Assembly (NCBI GenBank): GCA_951406725.2
Contig: OX597828.1
Span: 4,402,001 to 4,466,000 of the forward strand
DNA: 64,000 bases
Direction: 5' to 3'
Origin: Octopus vulgaris
Lineage: Eukaryota
This document shows, in pieces, positions 37,798-51,590 of the stretch (position 1 is the stretch's first letter; each line of letters opens with the position of its first letter). A model generated the notes under the pieces. That model worked only from the letters and a program-made list of their open reading frames with translations. It did not search any database and was not told the origin of the DNA. A program made the translations under genes and the position numbers.

Positions 37798-39135
37798 AGG
37801 TGCAGGTGTGACTATGTGGTAAGAAGCTTGCTTCCCGGCGGCCGAGGAGACGGAGGACTCCTCAAACAGGAGTCGCAAGAGGAAGAAGGTGAGCAACAAT
37901 GGTTGCTCACCGAAGGATCTTACGGATGAGGAAGGGGAGACGAATCTTCCAGTCACGGAGAAGACGCACCCTCCCTCAGTTGAAAAGAAAAAAGAGGAAG
38001 AGGAAGAGAAACGGGACATTGCCGGCAGTCGGTGACACAGTACAGGGATGTCCCGGAACTACGACGGTTCGGTTTGTGCCACCGGCAGAAGAGACGCCGT
38101 TGGCGGGAACTGTGCCACCAACGGAAGAATTGGATATCTCGCCCCCGGAGGAAGACGAATTATTGATCTTCTATCGAGGCGGAGAGGTTGAAAAGGTGGT
38201 GGAAAAGCACATTTAGCCTTCACGCAGGACCCCGAATGACCTCCGCAGATAGCTGTGGAGGGCATAACGTTTGATGTGACGTTTAGGCTGGAGGGACTCA
38301 ATGAGAAATATCGTTTGTCCCCGGGCGACGCCGACACGGAACCCGTTTTGATCTTGCATGAGGTGTGGAGGATGGCGGAGGATGCGGGCACAAGCGATGT
38401 TGAGGGTGAGTTATAAATTGTGGCACTGTGTGACACAAACATTTGATAATAGGCACTTTGCCTTCTTCTTTCTCAACTCCTGACTGTCAACGAGGCTTGC
38501 TCTGCAAGCAGCTAGATATTTGACTGGAGATCCGGAAAGAGGATGAAGAGAAAAGTGATAGTGTATTTTTGATGTTTGATTGACTTTTAATTTTTATGTA
38601 AGAAAAGAACCTGTGATTTCGAAGGGTGTTCGGTCTGCGGGCGCCGAACACCCTTCCCATTTACATCATTCGTATTTGTCATTTTCATCTCATTAATGTA
38701 TATGTCCAGCCCGCATTGCTTCTCTGTAAGGCCTTCATGGCCAATTTGGTAAAATATAGAAGCTTGCTTCCCGATCACATCGTTCTGGGTTCAGTGCCAT
38801 TGCATAGCACCTTCGGTAAGTGCCTTCTACTGTAGCCTCGAGCCGACCAAGGCCTTGTAAGTAGATTTGTTAAAGGGAAACTGAAAGAAGCTCATCGTAT
38901 AAGTGTGTGTGTATGTGTGCCTATGTGTCTGTTTTTGGCCCTCCATCATCAATTGACAATCGGGTTTGTGTGATTATGTCCCTATAACTTAATGATTCGG
39001 CAAAAGGACCGACATAATAAGTATGAGGCTTAAGTCATAAGTCCTGGGGTTGATTTGAGTGACTAAAACCCCTTCAAGTCACTAATCCAACATGGACGCA
39101 GTCGAATGAATGAAACAAGTAAAAGTATATAAGAA
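37798..39135 (+). mobile_element. SINE family A interrupted by a retro-insertion
   Basis: Head ggtgcaggtgtgactatgtggtaagaagcttgcttccc at 37799-37836 resumes at 38758 and runs to gaaacaagtaaaag at about 39125. Confidence 0.88.
37838..38757 (+). mobile_element. 5'-truncated retrocopy (ORF1-like C-terminus plus 3' UTR, no RT) with 16-bp TSD
   Basis: TSD agaagcttgcttcccg at 37822-37837 and 38758-38773; GC/purine-rich decayed coding segment (EETEDSSNRSRKRKK...ELLIFYRGGEVEKVVEKH...GITFDVTFRLEGL) ending at about 38415, then a pyrimidine-rich UTR. Confidence 0.75.
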
Positions 39136-39567
39136 TAAGCATTCGTGACCTCATTTCCAAATTATGTTCCTTCTAGAATTTGAAATTAGTAAATTAGTTT
39201 CACCAAATTGCAGATATGGTAGAATTGGAAAATTAAATTTATAAGTATTATAATTGGAATTTAAATTTATAGGCGATGTATAATGAAATAATTTGTTCAA
39301 AATCTCTTGTTTCAGGCGTTAGCTTTTAATATTACTTTACAAACCATATTTCTTTCTCAGAAGCTGCAATGTTAATTTTCATTGTGAAATCAAAATAAGA
39401 GTAGTTGAAAATTGTTGAAATCAACAATGCTACAATAAGAAAACTGAAATTTTGTTATGTACCTTTTTTTTCGACAGTATTATTTTACATGAATAAACCT
39501 TCACAACATTCAGTCAGAATTACACATCTAAAAAAGTGCATACACAGGAACGTAAGAGATGAAAGAT

Positions 39568-39568
<1 letters not shown>

Positions 39569-39658
<90 letters not shown>
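39569..39658. repeat. (CA)n microsatellite
   Basis: Visible directly. Confidence 0.97.
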
Positions 39659-42600
39659 TATACATATATTAATATAATGATCATGAATATATACAAATGC
39701 AAATTTAAAAAGTAAACATACGATTATCAATCTCTCTCTTCCCTCCATCTGACTCTGACGATCTGTTTGACCATTTGCCTGTCTGTTTGATTGTCTGTCT
39801 ATTTTTCTATCTATATGACATGAGACATATATGGAGCACGTGAATGATTATTGTGTGGAAATGTTTATAAATTGTCAATTGCTAAAATGTTCTATGGTCA
39901 TATTTGTGTTAAGAAATTTATCGTGTAAGTAATTCTAGTATATACTTGAAACGTAACGCATAATAATAACGTGTAAGTTAAGTAGAGAAAGGAAACAACG
40001 ATATCTAGAAATTTTTTCTGAATCAGCATATGTAGATAAAAAACACCCCAGTTAAGTCAAAATATGGAAAGATACATTACGTTGCGAGTATCAGAATAGT
40101 GCTTATTTGACATGTTTATTATATATATTTTAAAAAATTTATTGTATGAGAATACGTGAGTTCGAGTGACAGATCGCAATTGTTAGAGATTCTTGGCAAT
40201 CGACCTTATTGTTTTAATAGTCAACAAAAGAAAACCCGAATAAAGTCTGCAGAACACGATAACATGACCCCATTCAAATATTATAGATCAGTTCCAGTGA
40301 CAGATCGTAAATTGACACTGTTACAGATCAGTTTAAGAGAGAATTCTGCTGAAAGAGACAGGAACAAAATCATTAGTAACGATTCTTACATCTTGCTATA
40401 TTAACGGTTACACAATACTATAGCGTAACCGTTCGAGATACGTTTAAAGGTTTAGATCTTTTCAACTACCATTTATTTCGGTGAAGTTCTCAAAAATGGA
40501 AGACCAGTACTGGAAGATAGGAAAACAAGAGTATCGTAAAGGTCACTGTAAGAAAACTTCATGAAATATTGGTGGAAGCAAAATGAAACATAAATTGCTG
40601 AACGTAGTTTTTTTGCGTTCTGTATATGACACTCGAAATAAGCACGATTGGGTGACAGCGGTTAATTCCTGCTCGGTGCAGTGAATTGCTAAGATGTCCT
40701 TACCACAAACCTAAAGGTATTCGAATAAATGCTTTTGTGTGGAAGATTTTAGAAATATTATGATACGCAAGATGAATGTGGCGGAATCAACAATAGTTGA
40801 ATCCGAATAAATGGAGCTAGTCTATGAGATTTGAGAAATAATGAAATGTAAATATAGAGTTTTATGTAGATTGCTGAGCTTCCTTAAAGGAAGAACAATT
40901 TAGCAATATGTGTGCTCTGAATATCAGTTGCACTGTTCGATAAGTTACATTTCGGAGAGTCTCTCTACATTTCCGAGTGTACCCAGGGAGAAGCTGCCTA
41001 GCTTATTTTGCAGTCTGTATATTTCCACAAAGAAACCCCATGTTCTGTTTCTCCTTTTACTTCACATGCTCCGATTTTATGTTATTTACGTTAATCATTC
41101 CGCTGGCTGGAAAAAGCAAAGAACAAACAAGTCACACTTCTCTTTCTTGCCAGTTCGTTCGTATTATCAACGCGCTGCAATTATGACTTGTCATGCAGAA
41201 AATAAGCTTTTCTGTTCTTTTATCTCTTTTCTATTAATTTATTTTGGCCTCAATAACTGACGTTACCCGCACGAAAAAAATATATATGCGTAGAGAGAGG
41301 CAGGGAGAGGAGATGGTGTGTGCAAGAAGGAAAGAAAATGTGTAATATACCTATTGGGAATTACCGTCTGAGAAACGTCTGTAGAATATCATTATGAAAT
41401 GTTATGCAAAACTAGAAAAGCAACTTTTGAATGGGGTCATGTTATCATGTTCTACTGTCTTTCTTCGGGTTTTCTTTTGTTGACTATTATAACAATAAGG
41501 TCGATCGCCATAACCTAACGGTAAATTCTCACAATTCTACTGCAAAACAATCTCGAGCAGTTATGCTAATCTACGTAGCGACAGAATATCAATGGAAAAT
41601 TCAAATACTGTGTATCTAATGGTTGTATTATTAATCAAATTCAAGTGCAGAAAAGAAATAAGAATGAACATAATGAATACTGAGATAATGGAAAAGAACA
41701 AAAAGGAATGTGATATCAACTAATGAAAAAAAGGGGGAAACTAGGTGCATAGACAAGAGAAGGCAGCACTATGATATGTTGAGAACAGTGGTGGTGATGA
41801 TGATGATTTTCATGATGATGACGATGACGATGACGACGATCATGATGAAGAAGTGGAGGAGGATTGTAATGATAACAGCATTATCATAATGCAGAGAATG
41901 ATTAGGAGGAGAAGGGGGCGAGGAAAACAGAAATTATGGAGGATAATTATGAATGGCTTTTCTTCCTGCCTTTGCCATTCCATATAAATAATCTTGTATG
42001 AACACAGCTATTCGGATAGAGAAGGTTGCTTCAAATAATCCTCGATGCACATGGGACATTAGTGCTGTTTATTTTTATTTTCCGAATAATGTATTTTATA
42101 TACATATTATATATTTTATTTTGTATAATATCTTCATATTATATTACTCGTTATTTATTAATGAACAAAGAAGAAGAGAAAGGAATATGACATTTACATA
42201 ATACATAAATAATAATTATTTTGTTTCTTTGTCAAATGTCATATGAAGTGTTCCCAAATATTGCATGCAAAATGATGTGAGTCAGTATTGTGTCGGCTGA
42301 TGACGACATGCAGTATGACTGCCATTAACACTTATATCTCTGGAGGCGCTGCATGCCCAACTCGACACAAGCAGCCATGATGTTTTCGTTCAAAGTATTA
42401 ACCTATTATTTAAACGTGTCTAGTTTTGAAAACTACACATATTTAGTGTGTGCAGCCATTTAAATTTTAACTGTTATTTAAGACAGACAGGAACTTAGAA
42501 ATCATAAACATAAAATATCTCAATGATTATTGGAATGATTCAAGAAATAATTCGAAAACTCGGCTTTACTTACATGTTCACGTGGTAAATAGCATTCTTA

Positions 42601-42861
42601 CAGATGCACACCTACATACAAGCACTTGCACGTACACTCACAAAGTCACGCACAAACAAACACATACACACACAAACCCCCACACATTTTTGCACCATTT
42701 TCAGTAGAACGTTTGCATCCATGCTGGAACACTGTGTATGTGGGAGTGTGCGCAAACATGTGTGTGAGAGTGTTTGCTAATAGCCGAATATTCCATATAC
42801 ACATTAATCCAATGTCACATCATGTATAGTAAGAACAATCATAAATATATTTAACCTTTAC

Positions 42862-42960
42862 AAACACACACACGCACACACATGCACACACATGCACACA
42901 CACACACACACACACTCACACACACGTACACACACACTTACGAACACACACACATGAGTG

Positions 42961-42992
<32 letters not shown>

Positions 42993-43020
42993 TGTATGTA
43001 TGTACGTATGTATGTGTGTA
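42862..43020. repeat. (CA)n and (TATG)n microsatellites
   Basis: Visible directly. Confidence 0.9.
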
Positions 43021-43502
43021 TTAATACATACAAAACTTATAATGAATTATAAAGCACACTTTACCTCTTATAAAAGCACCGAGTCTGCAGCTTTGTTAGA
43101 GCACCAGGCGCCGAAGCTATGCTGGTCTGTGAAAGATGATTTACACCGAGGAGCAGGAGAAATTACGAGACATCAAGTGGATCGAAAACGCAATATAACT
43201 TCAATATCTATTTCTTCCATATTCACAATGTAAGGACTTGGATATAGTAGAAACGTTGAACACATTCAGTGATACCACTGAATATAATGCATAAGTATAT
43301 GTACAATATACTAGCAGAGCAGCTTGATTAGGAACAAGTCACAAGTTGTCAAGACAATAAACTGGTTGGGCTACAATATTTTCTAATACTTGCATTTGTT
43401 GCACGTTTTTGCTGATATTGTTTATATCTACAGTAATTCATAGTAATTCAATAAAGACCTGTGCAAGCCACATCTGTATCATATAATATGTATCTTCAAT
43501 AT

Positions 43503-43640
43503 TATTTTCTACTCTAGGTACAAGGCCAGAAAGTTTGGGGGAGCGGGGGCAGACTATTAGATCGACTACAGTACGCAATTGGTACTTAATTTATGGACCC
43601 CGAAAGGAAGAAAGCAAAGTCGACCTCGGCGAAATTTGAA
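43503..43640 (-). mobile_element. SINE family B, 5'-truncated
   Basis: ttctactctaggtacaaggcc...ggtacttaatttatggaccccgaaaggaagaaagcaaagtcgacctcggcgaaatttgaa. Confidence 0.85.
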
Positions 43641-44950
43641 TGTTTTTAGTAAGCCAAAATTTAAGGCATATACTAGCGCATTTCAAGATATATGTATTAT
43701 TGTGACAACGCATTAGATTGCCGAGAATGCTGTAATCATTTGTAGAAAATACCATTTAATGTTTTTAGGTCTTTAACTTCAAAGGTAATAGGTCTTATAT
43801 GGTAGTATTTGAAAGTAAGAACGATTGAATATGGAGTTAATATCTGAAGAGAAAAGTTTGAGTGGTTTTAGTATTGAAGCTTGAAGTTATTCTAGTTTTG
43901 TTTTAATTCCACAATTGCCCAGAACCCCATTTAAATGTACACTTATGTGCCAATAAACAACTGTATATATGATTAAATAATGCATTTGATACTGTTAGGT
44001 CAGTGATAATGAGGTATTGGAAAGGATTTTAAAAATAATTTGGTCGTTAAAACTTTTAGTCAAGCTGCAAATCATTAAAGTAATTCAGGCAAAACATATG
44101 CATGAATCTTCTACACTGTAACACTAACCCAGATTTGCGGTGGAGCGAAGAAGTTATATTTAAATTCATTGACGTGTGGTTGGTAAAGGTTATTAATCTA
44201 TTTCAATTAGAATATGGGAAGCTTTATTCTATCCTCCAAGATTAGTTATAATGATTTTCCTTGTTTAAATGACTAAGGAACACTCCTATTCTTTTCGTCA
44301 ATAACATATATATTACTATAACGGAGACGGTATTTAAACAAATTAAGGGTATTAAGGTAAGTGGTAATTGCAGCTTTTTATTAGATGATATCTTTAAACC
44401 TCGAAGTGAATTTAGTTTTCTTACTATATCTTTCCAAAAGGAAAAAATTAGTTGAGGCAGACAGCTTAGTTGTTACAGCAGATACTGACTAGGATATTTT
44501 TATTCCTAGCTACGGATATTTTGAATATTTGTAAGGAAGATTATATTTAAAAAATCTTGTACAGAATATAAAGAGGGTCTTGCTAGATTAGGTTACCTAT
44601 TTGGTTTTTAAGTTTTGTTTTGTTAAAATCATGTGAATAGCGTTTATAATAAGCTGACGACTAATTTTCCTATTATATTTTTGGCCCTGGGCATTAAGTG
44701 GAAATCTGCTAGGGGTAAGCTACATCGTGTTTTCCAGTCTGGTATAGGAGCGCAATAAATGAGATTGGTTTATCTTTGGGAATAATTAAAGGTTAATTAT
44801 ACACATGCAGAAACAAAGTTCCGGTAGGAAAATGATAATCAAATGTTTTAACTGTTGCTTCGGGTGTCATAGCGAAATTTTGAGAAATCCTGAGTAACAT
44901 CTAGTTTATAATTATAGTCTAAATTTTCTGAATGCTTGAGTTTGACTAGT
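43641..44950 (-). mobile_element. Possible old Penelope-like relic
   Basis: Weak minus-strand traces only (FIGT..TFK, NIKWYFL, FFAPP); highly degraded. Confidence 0.25.
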
Positions 44951-46254
44951 ATTGAATGTAATGTCATCGTTTAACATTCTGTAGGCAAGGTGTCGCGTAT
45001 TACACGTATTGTTTTATATCATTGTGTACAATGTCACTTCTGCTAGGGAGTAATTCTGGACATTCACCCTTCTGGCACTGAAAAGCGATTAAGTGAAGAA
45101 GTAAGTTATTATTTTCTTTACTGTCTTCGCAATATGTGAGCAGTTTGATGCTTTTATACACTGAATATTTTTATTGCAATTTGAATTTTTTTTCAAGTAT
45201 ATAATATATTATGTTATACGAAAATATTGCTTTAAATATATTTTCTATTATTAAAGTTAGTATTTAATGGTTCTAGGGCTACACAAATTTATTGCAATAT
45301 TGCGATCGAATGATGCCTGATAGTTGAAGTGATATCTTATTCCGTTGGATTACATTTCGTTCATTCTTATATGTTCGCAAGTATGTTAATTGGGTGTTAT
45401 AGTAAGGTGTCTATTAATTGTGTCTTTTGGTGGTAACATCCCTTTAAATAGATTTTCTACGATTAAGGATTATATTAATATATACAGAAGTCGTCAGGTT
45501 AATTTTGCATTTTCCTCTCTCACAACGGGGCGTATATCTAAAATAAAAATGATAGTCACCTGGGAAAACCATTTTCAGAATTATCAATAGTTATAAAGTA
45601 AGCAAATGCATATTTGTGATGGTAAACTCCGTAGAGAGCATACATTCTATGAATTTCTTTCTATAATTCTCTGACCATGCTTGCCAAAATGTGACCTTGA
45701 CAAAAATGACTTCATAATTAATAGATTTGGGGCACATTCAAAATATTAATTTCCATAATAAATTGATAACGGTTCTATAAAACATATCTTACCTGGTTTG
45801 GAATGATAATCAGACTAAATCAAGCGCTGTGAGGCCATATCTGCAGACAAATTCCACAAATGCGAGACATATATGAAGGCAAGATTCACAGAATTGTGTT
45901 GCTTATTACCATCTAACAGTATAAAGGAGATTTCTGTCATCATCATGACAATTAGAAATTAGTTGCATGGAAAATAGTGAAAGCTACTCCAGTTTAATCC
46001 TTCTTAGTCACTGAAGGTACTTCAATCATGAATTGTTTTCAAAGTTGTACCAAGCTCCATGCATGAGTCAGCATGTGTATGTATGTATAACACGTGTATG
46101 TATAATGATATTTATATATATGTATATAATATATACATGTGCGCGCTCGCGTGCGTGTGTGTGTGCGTGTGTGTGTGATTTTCTGTATGTGTAAATATCT
46201 CATTATAAAATGTTCGCTTCGTGTGTCCAACATCTAACCCCTAGGCCATGCCCC

Positions 46255-46303
<49 letters not shown>

Positions 46304-46513
46304 ACATTTATTCTCTCTGTTCTTGCTTGTACTGGTCATCATCATTGTTATCACCATCATTATTGTCATCATCACCATCATCACCGCGTCCGCAACCACC
46401 ATGATCACCACCATCACAATACCATCATCGTTGTCATCAAACTCATCATCTTGCTCAAGAGTACCCAATCATCAGCCCACTGACTTGTACTGAGCCGTAA
46501 AGAAAAAAATAAA

Positions 46514-46855
46514 TGTATGTATTGTATGTATACATGTATGTATGTATGTAAATATGTTAATATGTAGGTATGTATATGTGTATATTTAAATCATACTATT
46601 TTATATAAAGATTGTTAACATTAATAATTCTCAGAAACAGGCTATGTATGTATATAACTATGCATGCATGTAAGTATGTATGTGTATATGTATGTATGTA
46701 TGTATGTATATATGTATGTATGTATGTATGTATGCATGTATGTTCGTATATATGTATGTATGTATGTATGTATATATGTATGTATGTTCGTATATATGTA
46801 TATATGTATGTATGTGTCTATGTATCTATGTATGTATTTATGTATGTATATATGC
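46514..46855. repeat. (TATG)n degenerate microsatellite
   Basis: Visible directly. Confidence 0.9.
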
Positions 46856-46929
46856 GTGCACGAATGTCTGTCAACACATCGTAGCGTGGCTACCGATAGT
46901 CGAGAATGATATACTTTGCAAATATATTT

Positions 46930-48120
46930 GTCGCAGATTATGAACCCAGTTTATCTTCACGTTCAGTAACTGTCTCCTTCTGTTGTAGGCCATGATCTAT
47001 CAATCGTCCTATTAGCTGATGTCATTTTAGACATTTCCATATAATTCAGTCGGATGTTTTGATTTTTACTTCCACAACTCAACTGTGCGTAGAATATCTA
47101 CCCTGTCGTTCGAATTTCCTCCATTGTTTGCACATGCTCAAGTTGCCATATTTTTCATTTTTGTTACGTGTTTTCAATGATTTTAACCATCACTTTATCT
47201 CCCATGATGTTATTGATCTGAGTATTTTAACAAGTGATATTTCTAATCTCTTCCAGCTGATTTATGGACAATGAAGCAATTTTGTTTTAGTTTTTATAAG
47301 TGGATCATCGCTTCTTTCAGTCCATATAATAGTTAGAATATAAGATTATCGCTTCTTCCAGTCCATATAATATTCAGAATACTAAGACAATTCATTTGTA
47401 CCGAGAAATGCTTGGCGTTAATCAATCGCTATCTCCACATTCCGAAAGATCAGCTGGTCATCCTCTTCCTGAGACACAGTTCCTTATCGGGACTAACAAA
47501 CTGTACTGTCCAGATAGACTATATTACTTGTCTCTACCAGGAAACGTCGGTTGTACCACTTTGCTTCGAATCAGGGCTTACCTCATAAAAAAATTTCCGG
47601 TTAATTTTCAAAGCAAATCATTTGAGTGCAACATATGAAAATACTGAGACCGCGTTATGCATGCTCTCTGTTTATTGCAATACAAGTACATAAACATCGA
47701 TGCCGATATTACATCTTACAAACACATGTCTGCTTTAGCTTTGAACTGCATTGCCATAAAAGCCTTACATCAGGTCTTGTCTGCATGTTCTGAATTTCAG
47801 TTGATCTATATCATTTTTCCTCCAGCCCCTCTCCTAAAGAGAATAACTTTTGTGCAAACACGCAGATCTGCATTCCTCTGTAACTATAAAATGCTTAGGG
47901 CGGAAGTTCACTTGTGTTATATGATATTTCATATCGCTAAGCATAGATTCAATCACACGCGTTACTTTCAAATACAAGTAATGCTATAGGTCCGGCCATT
48001 TGTATGTGATGAATGTAATACCTTGTTTGTACCACATATTTCCCGTGGATATGCATGACGGTCAAAGTAACCAAAACCTTATCCATGGCAGCTAACTTTC
48101 TACTACACCTGCATTGAGTT
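46930..48120 (-). mobile_element. Decayed RTE-like LINE C-terminal region
   Basis: Minus strand WQLEHVQTMEEIRTTG*IFYAQLSCGSKNQNIRLNY (compare RTE W.GHV.RM...R.P...Y.EL..G.R), LYGLKE, FMYLYC; includes a tandem duplication of about 43 bp at 47305-47390. Confidence 0.45.
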
Positions 48121-48953
48121 TCATGCAGAGATGTTGTGATATTGTCATTCAGTAAGCTAAGTGAGGTTCATGAGAATATATCCAGGAACGAAATCGTACA
48201 TGGATAGTTCTAACATTTATGGATGTGAAAAATCTCCGCTCTACCTATCATTATTAATACCATTACTTACTCTACGGAAAATTTGCTGTCCTGAATAGGA
48301 TGCTCGAATTTACGAAGCGAGGAAAGCCAGTAGAGCCGAGCAACTTATTGCTAACTGGGGTATCACAAGAGGACCATTGTGGTTAATCGATATCTAAAAA
48401 CCGAATTAAGAGGAGATACAGTAACCCTCAAGATAATACATACCTTTAAATTCATCTAGTTTTACTATATATTTCTTAAACAGCTTTCCCTGTTATGATC
48501 TGAAATGGAGTGAGAGGTCTCTGATACATCGGTTTGAGATGTTTGCACTTTGGGCAAGCACATTAACAAATGCTAAGCACCAATACCGTTTGCACAGAAA
48601 GAAGAGCATAATGAGTGTGTGTGTGTCTATTTGCTTTAGACATGCCTGTGTGTATATGTGTATAAGTGCACACACACACGCACACATACACACAAACATA
48701 CACACTAGATATGAGGTGAAAAGGAAACTATGGTCACTCACAGCTACTACAAATAGCAGCTAAACTAACAGAATAACACACTCTACTAACAAAATAAAAG
48801 ATGCATTATGTTACATTCTTATAATAGGTCCCTTTGATAAGGACTGATCTACGGTTAAAAAATGAAGGATACATCAAATAATGTAGTCTTGAATACACCA
48901 TGTTTGTATAAAATACAAAGTAGTCACATTTGGAACAACCCTGATCATATGTC

Positions 48954-49327
48954 TGTTGGATCAGGATAGACCTACGAGTAAAGAACAACAACATCACGAG
49001 TACGTTCAAGGTTTTGAGATGCTGTTTCTGCAGGTGGTGTACCCTTATTCTGTCACTTAGGGTAAAGTCTGTTTCACCAATGTAGTCTGCACCACACCTA
49101 CCGTATTTCTTAGCATAATTTGAATACCCTGATACACAATTGTTGGATCAGGATAGACCTACGAGTAAAGAACAACAACACCACGATACGTTCAGGGTTT
49201 TTGAGATGTTGTTTCTGCAGGTGGTGTACCCTTATTCTGTCACTTAGGGTAAAGTCCGTTTCACCAATGTAGTCTGCACCACACTTACCGTATTTCTCAA
49301 CATAATTTGAATACCCTGATACACAAT
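48954..49327. repeat. 187-bp tandem duplication covering the YIG motif
   Basis: tgttggatcaggatagacc...ataccctgatacacaat at 48954-49140 and 49141-49327, near-identical. Confidence 0.95.
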
Positions 49328-49722
49328 TACGATGAATGCCCTGATTTAAATTCATAGATAGAGATTTCCATGCTGATTATGTAGATTCCATAAGGACATT
49401 ACGTTGTTGGACATTTGTGTTTATATAATTTTGGTGGATAATATGGCACTAGTAAGCAGATTGCTAAAGATCGACATGTTTTACTTTTAATTATATATTG
49501 TATACTTTGAATACGTATTTCATTGGTAGGTCGTTCATCAAAAGAGAGACATTCTGATGGATAATATTTTATGCTTCCCTGTTTCTTGCGCTTGGTATTG
49601 TTATATATGGTAAAGTACTAAAGGTGTCAGGTGGTGGTGGTAGATTCTTTTTTTCATTATTCTTGGATGTCTGTCGTTCTATTCAGCAATTGTTTAAATT
49701 GACATCGTATTGTGCTTTGGGT

Positions 49723-50060
49723 GAAAGCGCATTGCTCAGTGGTTAGAGCGTCGAGTTTACGATCCCGAGGTTGTGAGTTCGAATCCCGGACCGAGCTGCG
49801 TGTTGTGTTCTTGGGGAAGATACTTTATTTCATGATGCTCCAGTTCACTCAGCTGTAGAAATAAGTTGCGATGTCACAGGTGCCAAGCTGCATCGGCCCC
49901 TTTGCCTTACCCTTGGATAATAGTGATGGCGGGGAGAGGGGAGGCCCGTATGCATGGGCGACTGCTGGTATTCCATAAACAACCTTGCCCGGACTTGTGC
50001 CTGAGAGGGTAACATTCTAGGTGCTATCCCATGGTCAGTCATGACCTAAGGGGATCTCAG
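49723..50060 (+). mobile_element. tRNA-derived SINE family C, full length, with TSD
   Basis: A box gctcagtggttagagcg, B box gagttcgaatccc; TSD catcgtattgtgctttgggt (49703-49722) and catctattgtgttttgagt (50061-50079). Confidence 0.9.
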
Positions 50061-51165
50061 CATCTATTGTGTTTTGAGTAATGTATATTTAAGTTTCTCC
50101 TCGGAATTGTATATAATTGTGCAGGCTTTTATTTGCAGGTTAAAATGTATATTAATATCTGTATGCTTTCATTGCGAGAAGAAAATAGCAACGTTGTTAT
50201 GAATCTGGTGGTTTAAAGTATATGTCAGTGTCAGTGGTAGTAACTCCTTTTATACTTAAGATGTAAAAAATTTTAGTTGTTTTTCACAACATTCCATTGT
50301 GAACTGGAAATTGTGGTTTATGTTATTAATTAACCTGAAGCTCATAGCGTTGATCCAGACTATACGTCCAGAGGACGACATAAAACTCCACCTCCTAAAA
50401 GATATGCAGATAGTTAGGCATCTCTTTAGTTTTCAGAGTAAAATGGAAATCCATCGAAAACAAAACAAAATATCTCTTTCTCTCTAGATTTTAATACCTT
50501 TCAGAAACAATTAATACAATTCAAGGGAAGTTTGAAAACTAATGTCAATTGTAAGAGGACCAGCACGTTTAACCATTATAGGAATATAATGGTTAAGCGT
50601 GCATAAATGCCTGTAAGAACGGGTGAGAATGCGGGGAGGGGTGAATGGAGAAGTATACGTACATACATGTGTGTATACGTGTGTGTATGCATGTATGCGT
50701 GTTTGTGTGTGCACGCAGGCATATATGTTCTTCTACGCACGTACTCATACGTTTATTCACAAATGCAAGAACACCCCTATACTTGCATTTTAAATATGTT
50801 CGTGCATTCACAGGCATAGCGCTATCGCTAATGCACACGTATTCGCGCATACATACATAAACGTACACACACATTCATGTAAACAACACACCCACATCCA
50901 CACACTCATTCATCTGGTACACACACACACACACATTGTCGACTTCCAAGAACTCACAAAGGCCCACCAGGCACCAAGACGCCACCACCTTCCTGTCTAG
51001 CCACGCATATCAAGAAATCCTCGTCTCTAATGCATCTGGTGTCTCTGGAAGGACGATCTGACTTCTAACAACACCTTGACGAATAGCAGCCTATTTTACA
51101 GACGCCGTCTTGCTCCTCCTGTTACCATCCTCAGTTTCCTACGTTTCCATAATCTGAGCATGCAA

Positions 51166-51550
51166 CACGCAGGAGTGGATGTGTGGTAAGTAGCTTGCTA
51201 ACCAACCACATGGTTCCGGGGCATCTTGAGCAAGTGTCTTCTGCTATAGCCCCGGGCCGACCAATGCCTTGTGAGTGGATTTGGTAGACGGAAACTGAAA
51301 GAAGCCTGTCGTATATATGTATATATATATGTATGTGTGTGTGTGTGTTAGTGTGTCTGTGTTTGTCCCCGTAGCATTGCTTGACAACCGATGCTGGTGT
51401 GTTTAAGTCCCCGTCACCTAGCGGTTCGGCAAAAGAGACCGATAGAATAAGTACTGGGCTTACAAAGAATAAGTCCCGGGTTCGATTTGCTCGACTAAAA
51501 GCGGTGCTCCAGCATGGCCGCAGTCAAATGACTGAAACAAGTAAAAGAGT
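51166..51550 (+). mobile_element. SINE family A
   Basis: cgcaggagtggatgtgtggtaagtagcttgct...central (TA/TG)n...gcggtgctccagcatggccgcagtcaaatgactgaaacaagtaaaagagt. Confidence 0.92.
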
Positions 51551-51590
51551 AAAGATATATATATAGTAAATCACCCCACCCCCACCCAAT

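Larger units (their letters stand above)
48800..50440 (-). mobile_element. Decayed Penelope-like element (RT thumb to GIY-YIG), interrupted by a SINE
   Basis: Minus strand LINNINHNFQFTMECCEKQLNFLHL..TDIYFKPPDS (RT C-terminus, about 50190-50335) and KCGADYIGETDFTLSDRIRVH (YIG motif). Confidence 0.75.

Noticed and set aside
37899-38216. 105-aa ORF as a host gene
   Set aside because: It lies inside a TSD-bounded retro-insertion and spans an apparent frameshift of a decayed frame
49725-49798. Candidate tRNA gene
   Set aside because: A and B boxes are present, but the acceptor stem does not close; the sequence continues into a SINE body bounded by a TSD
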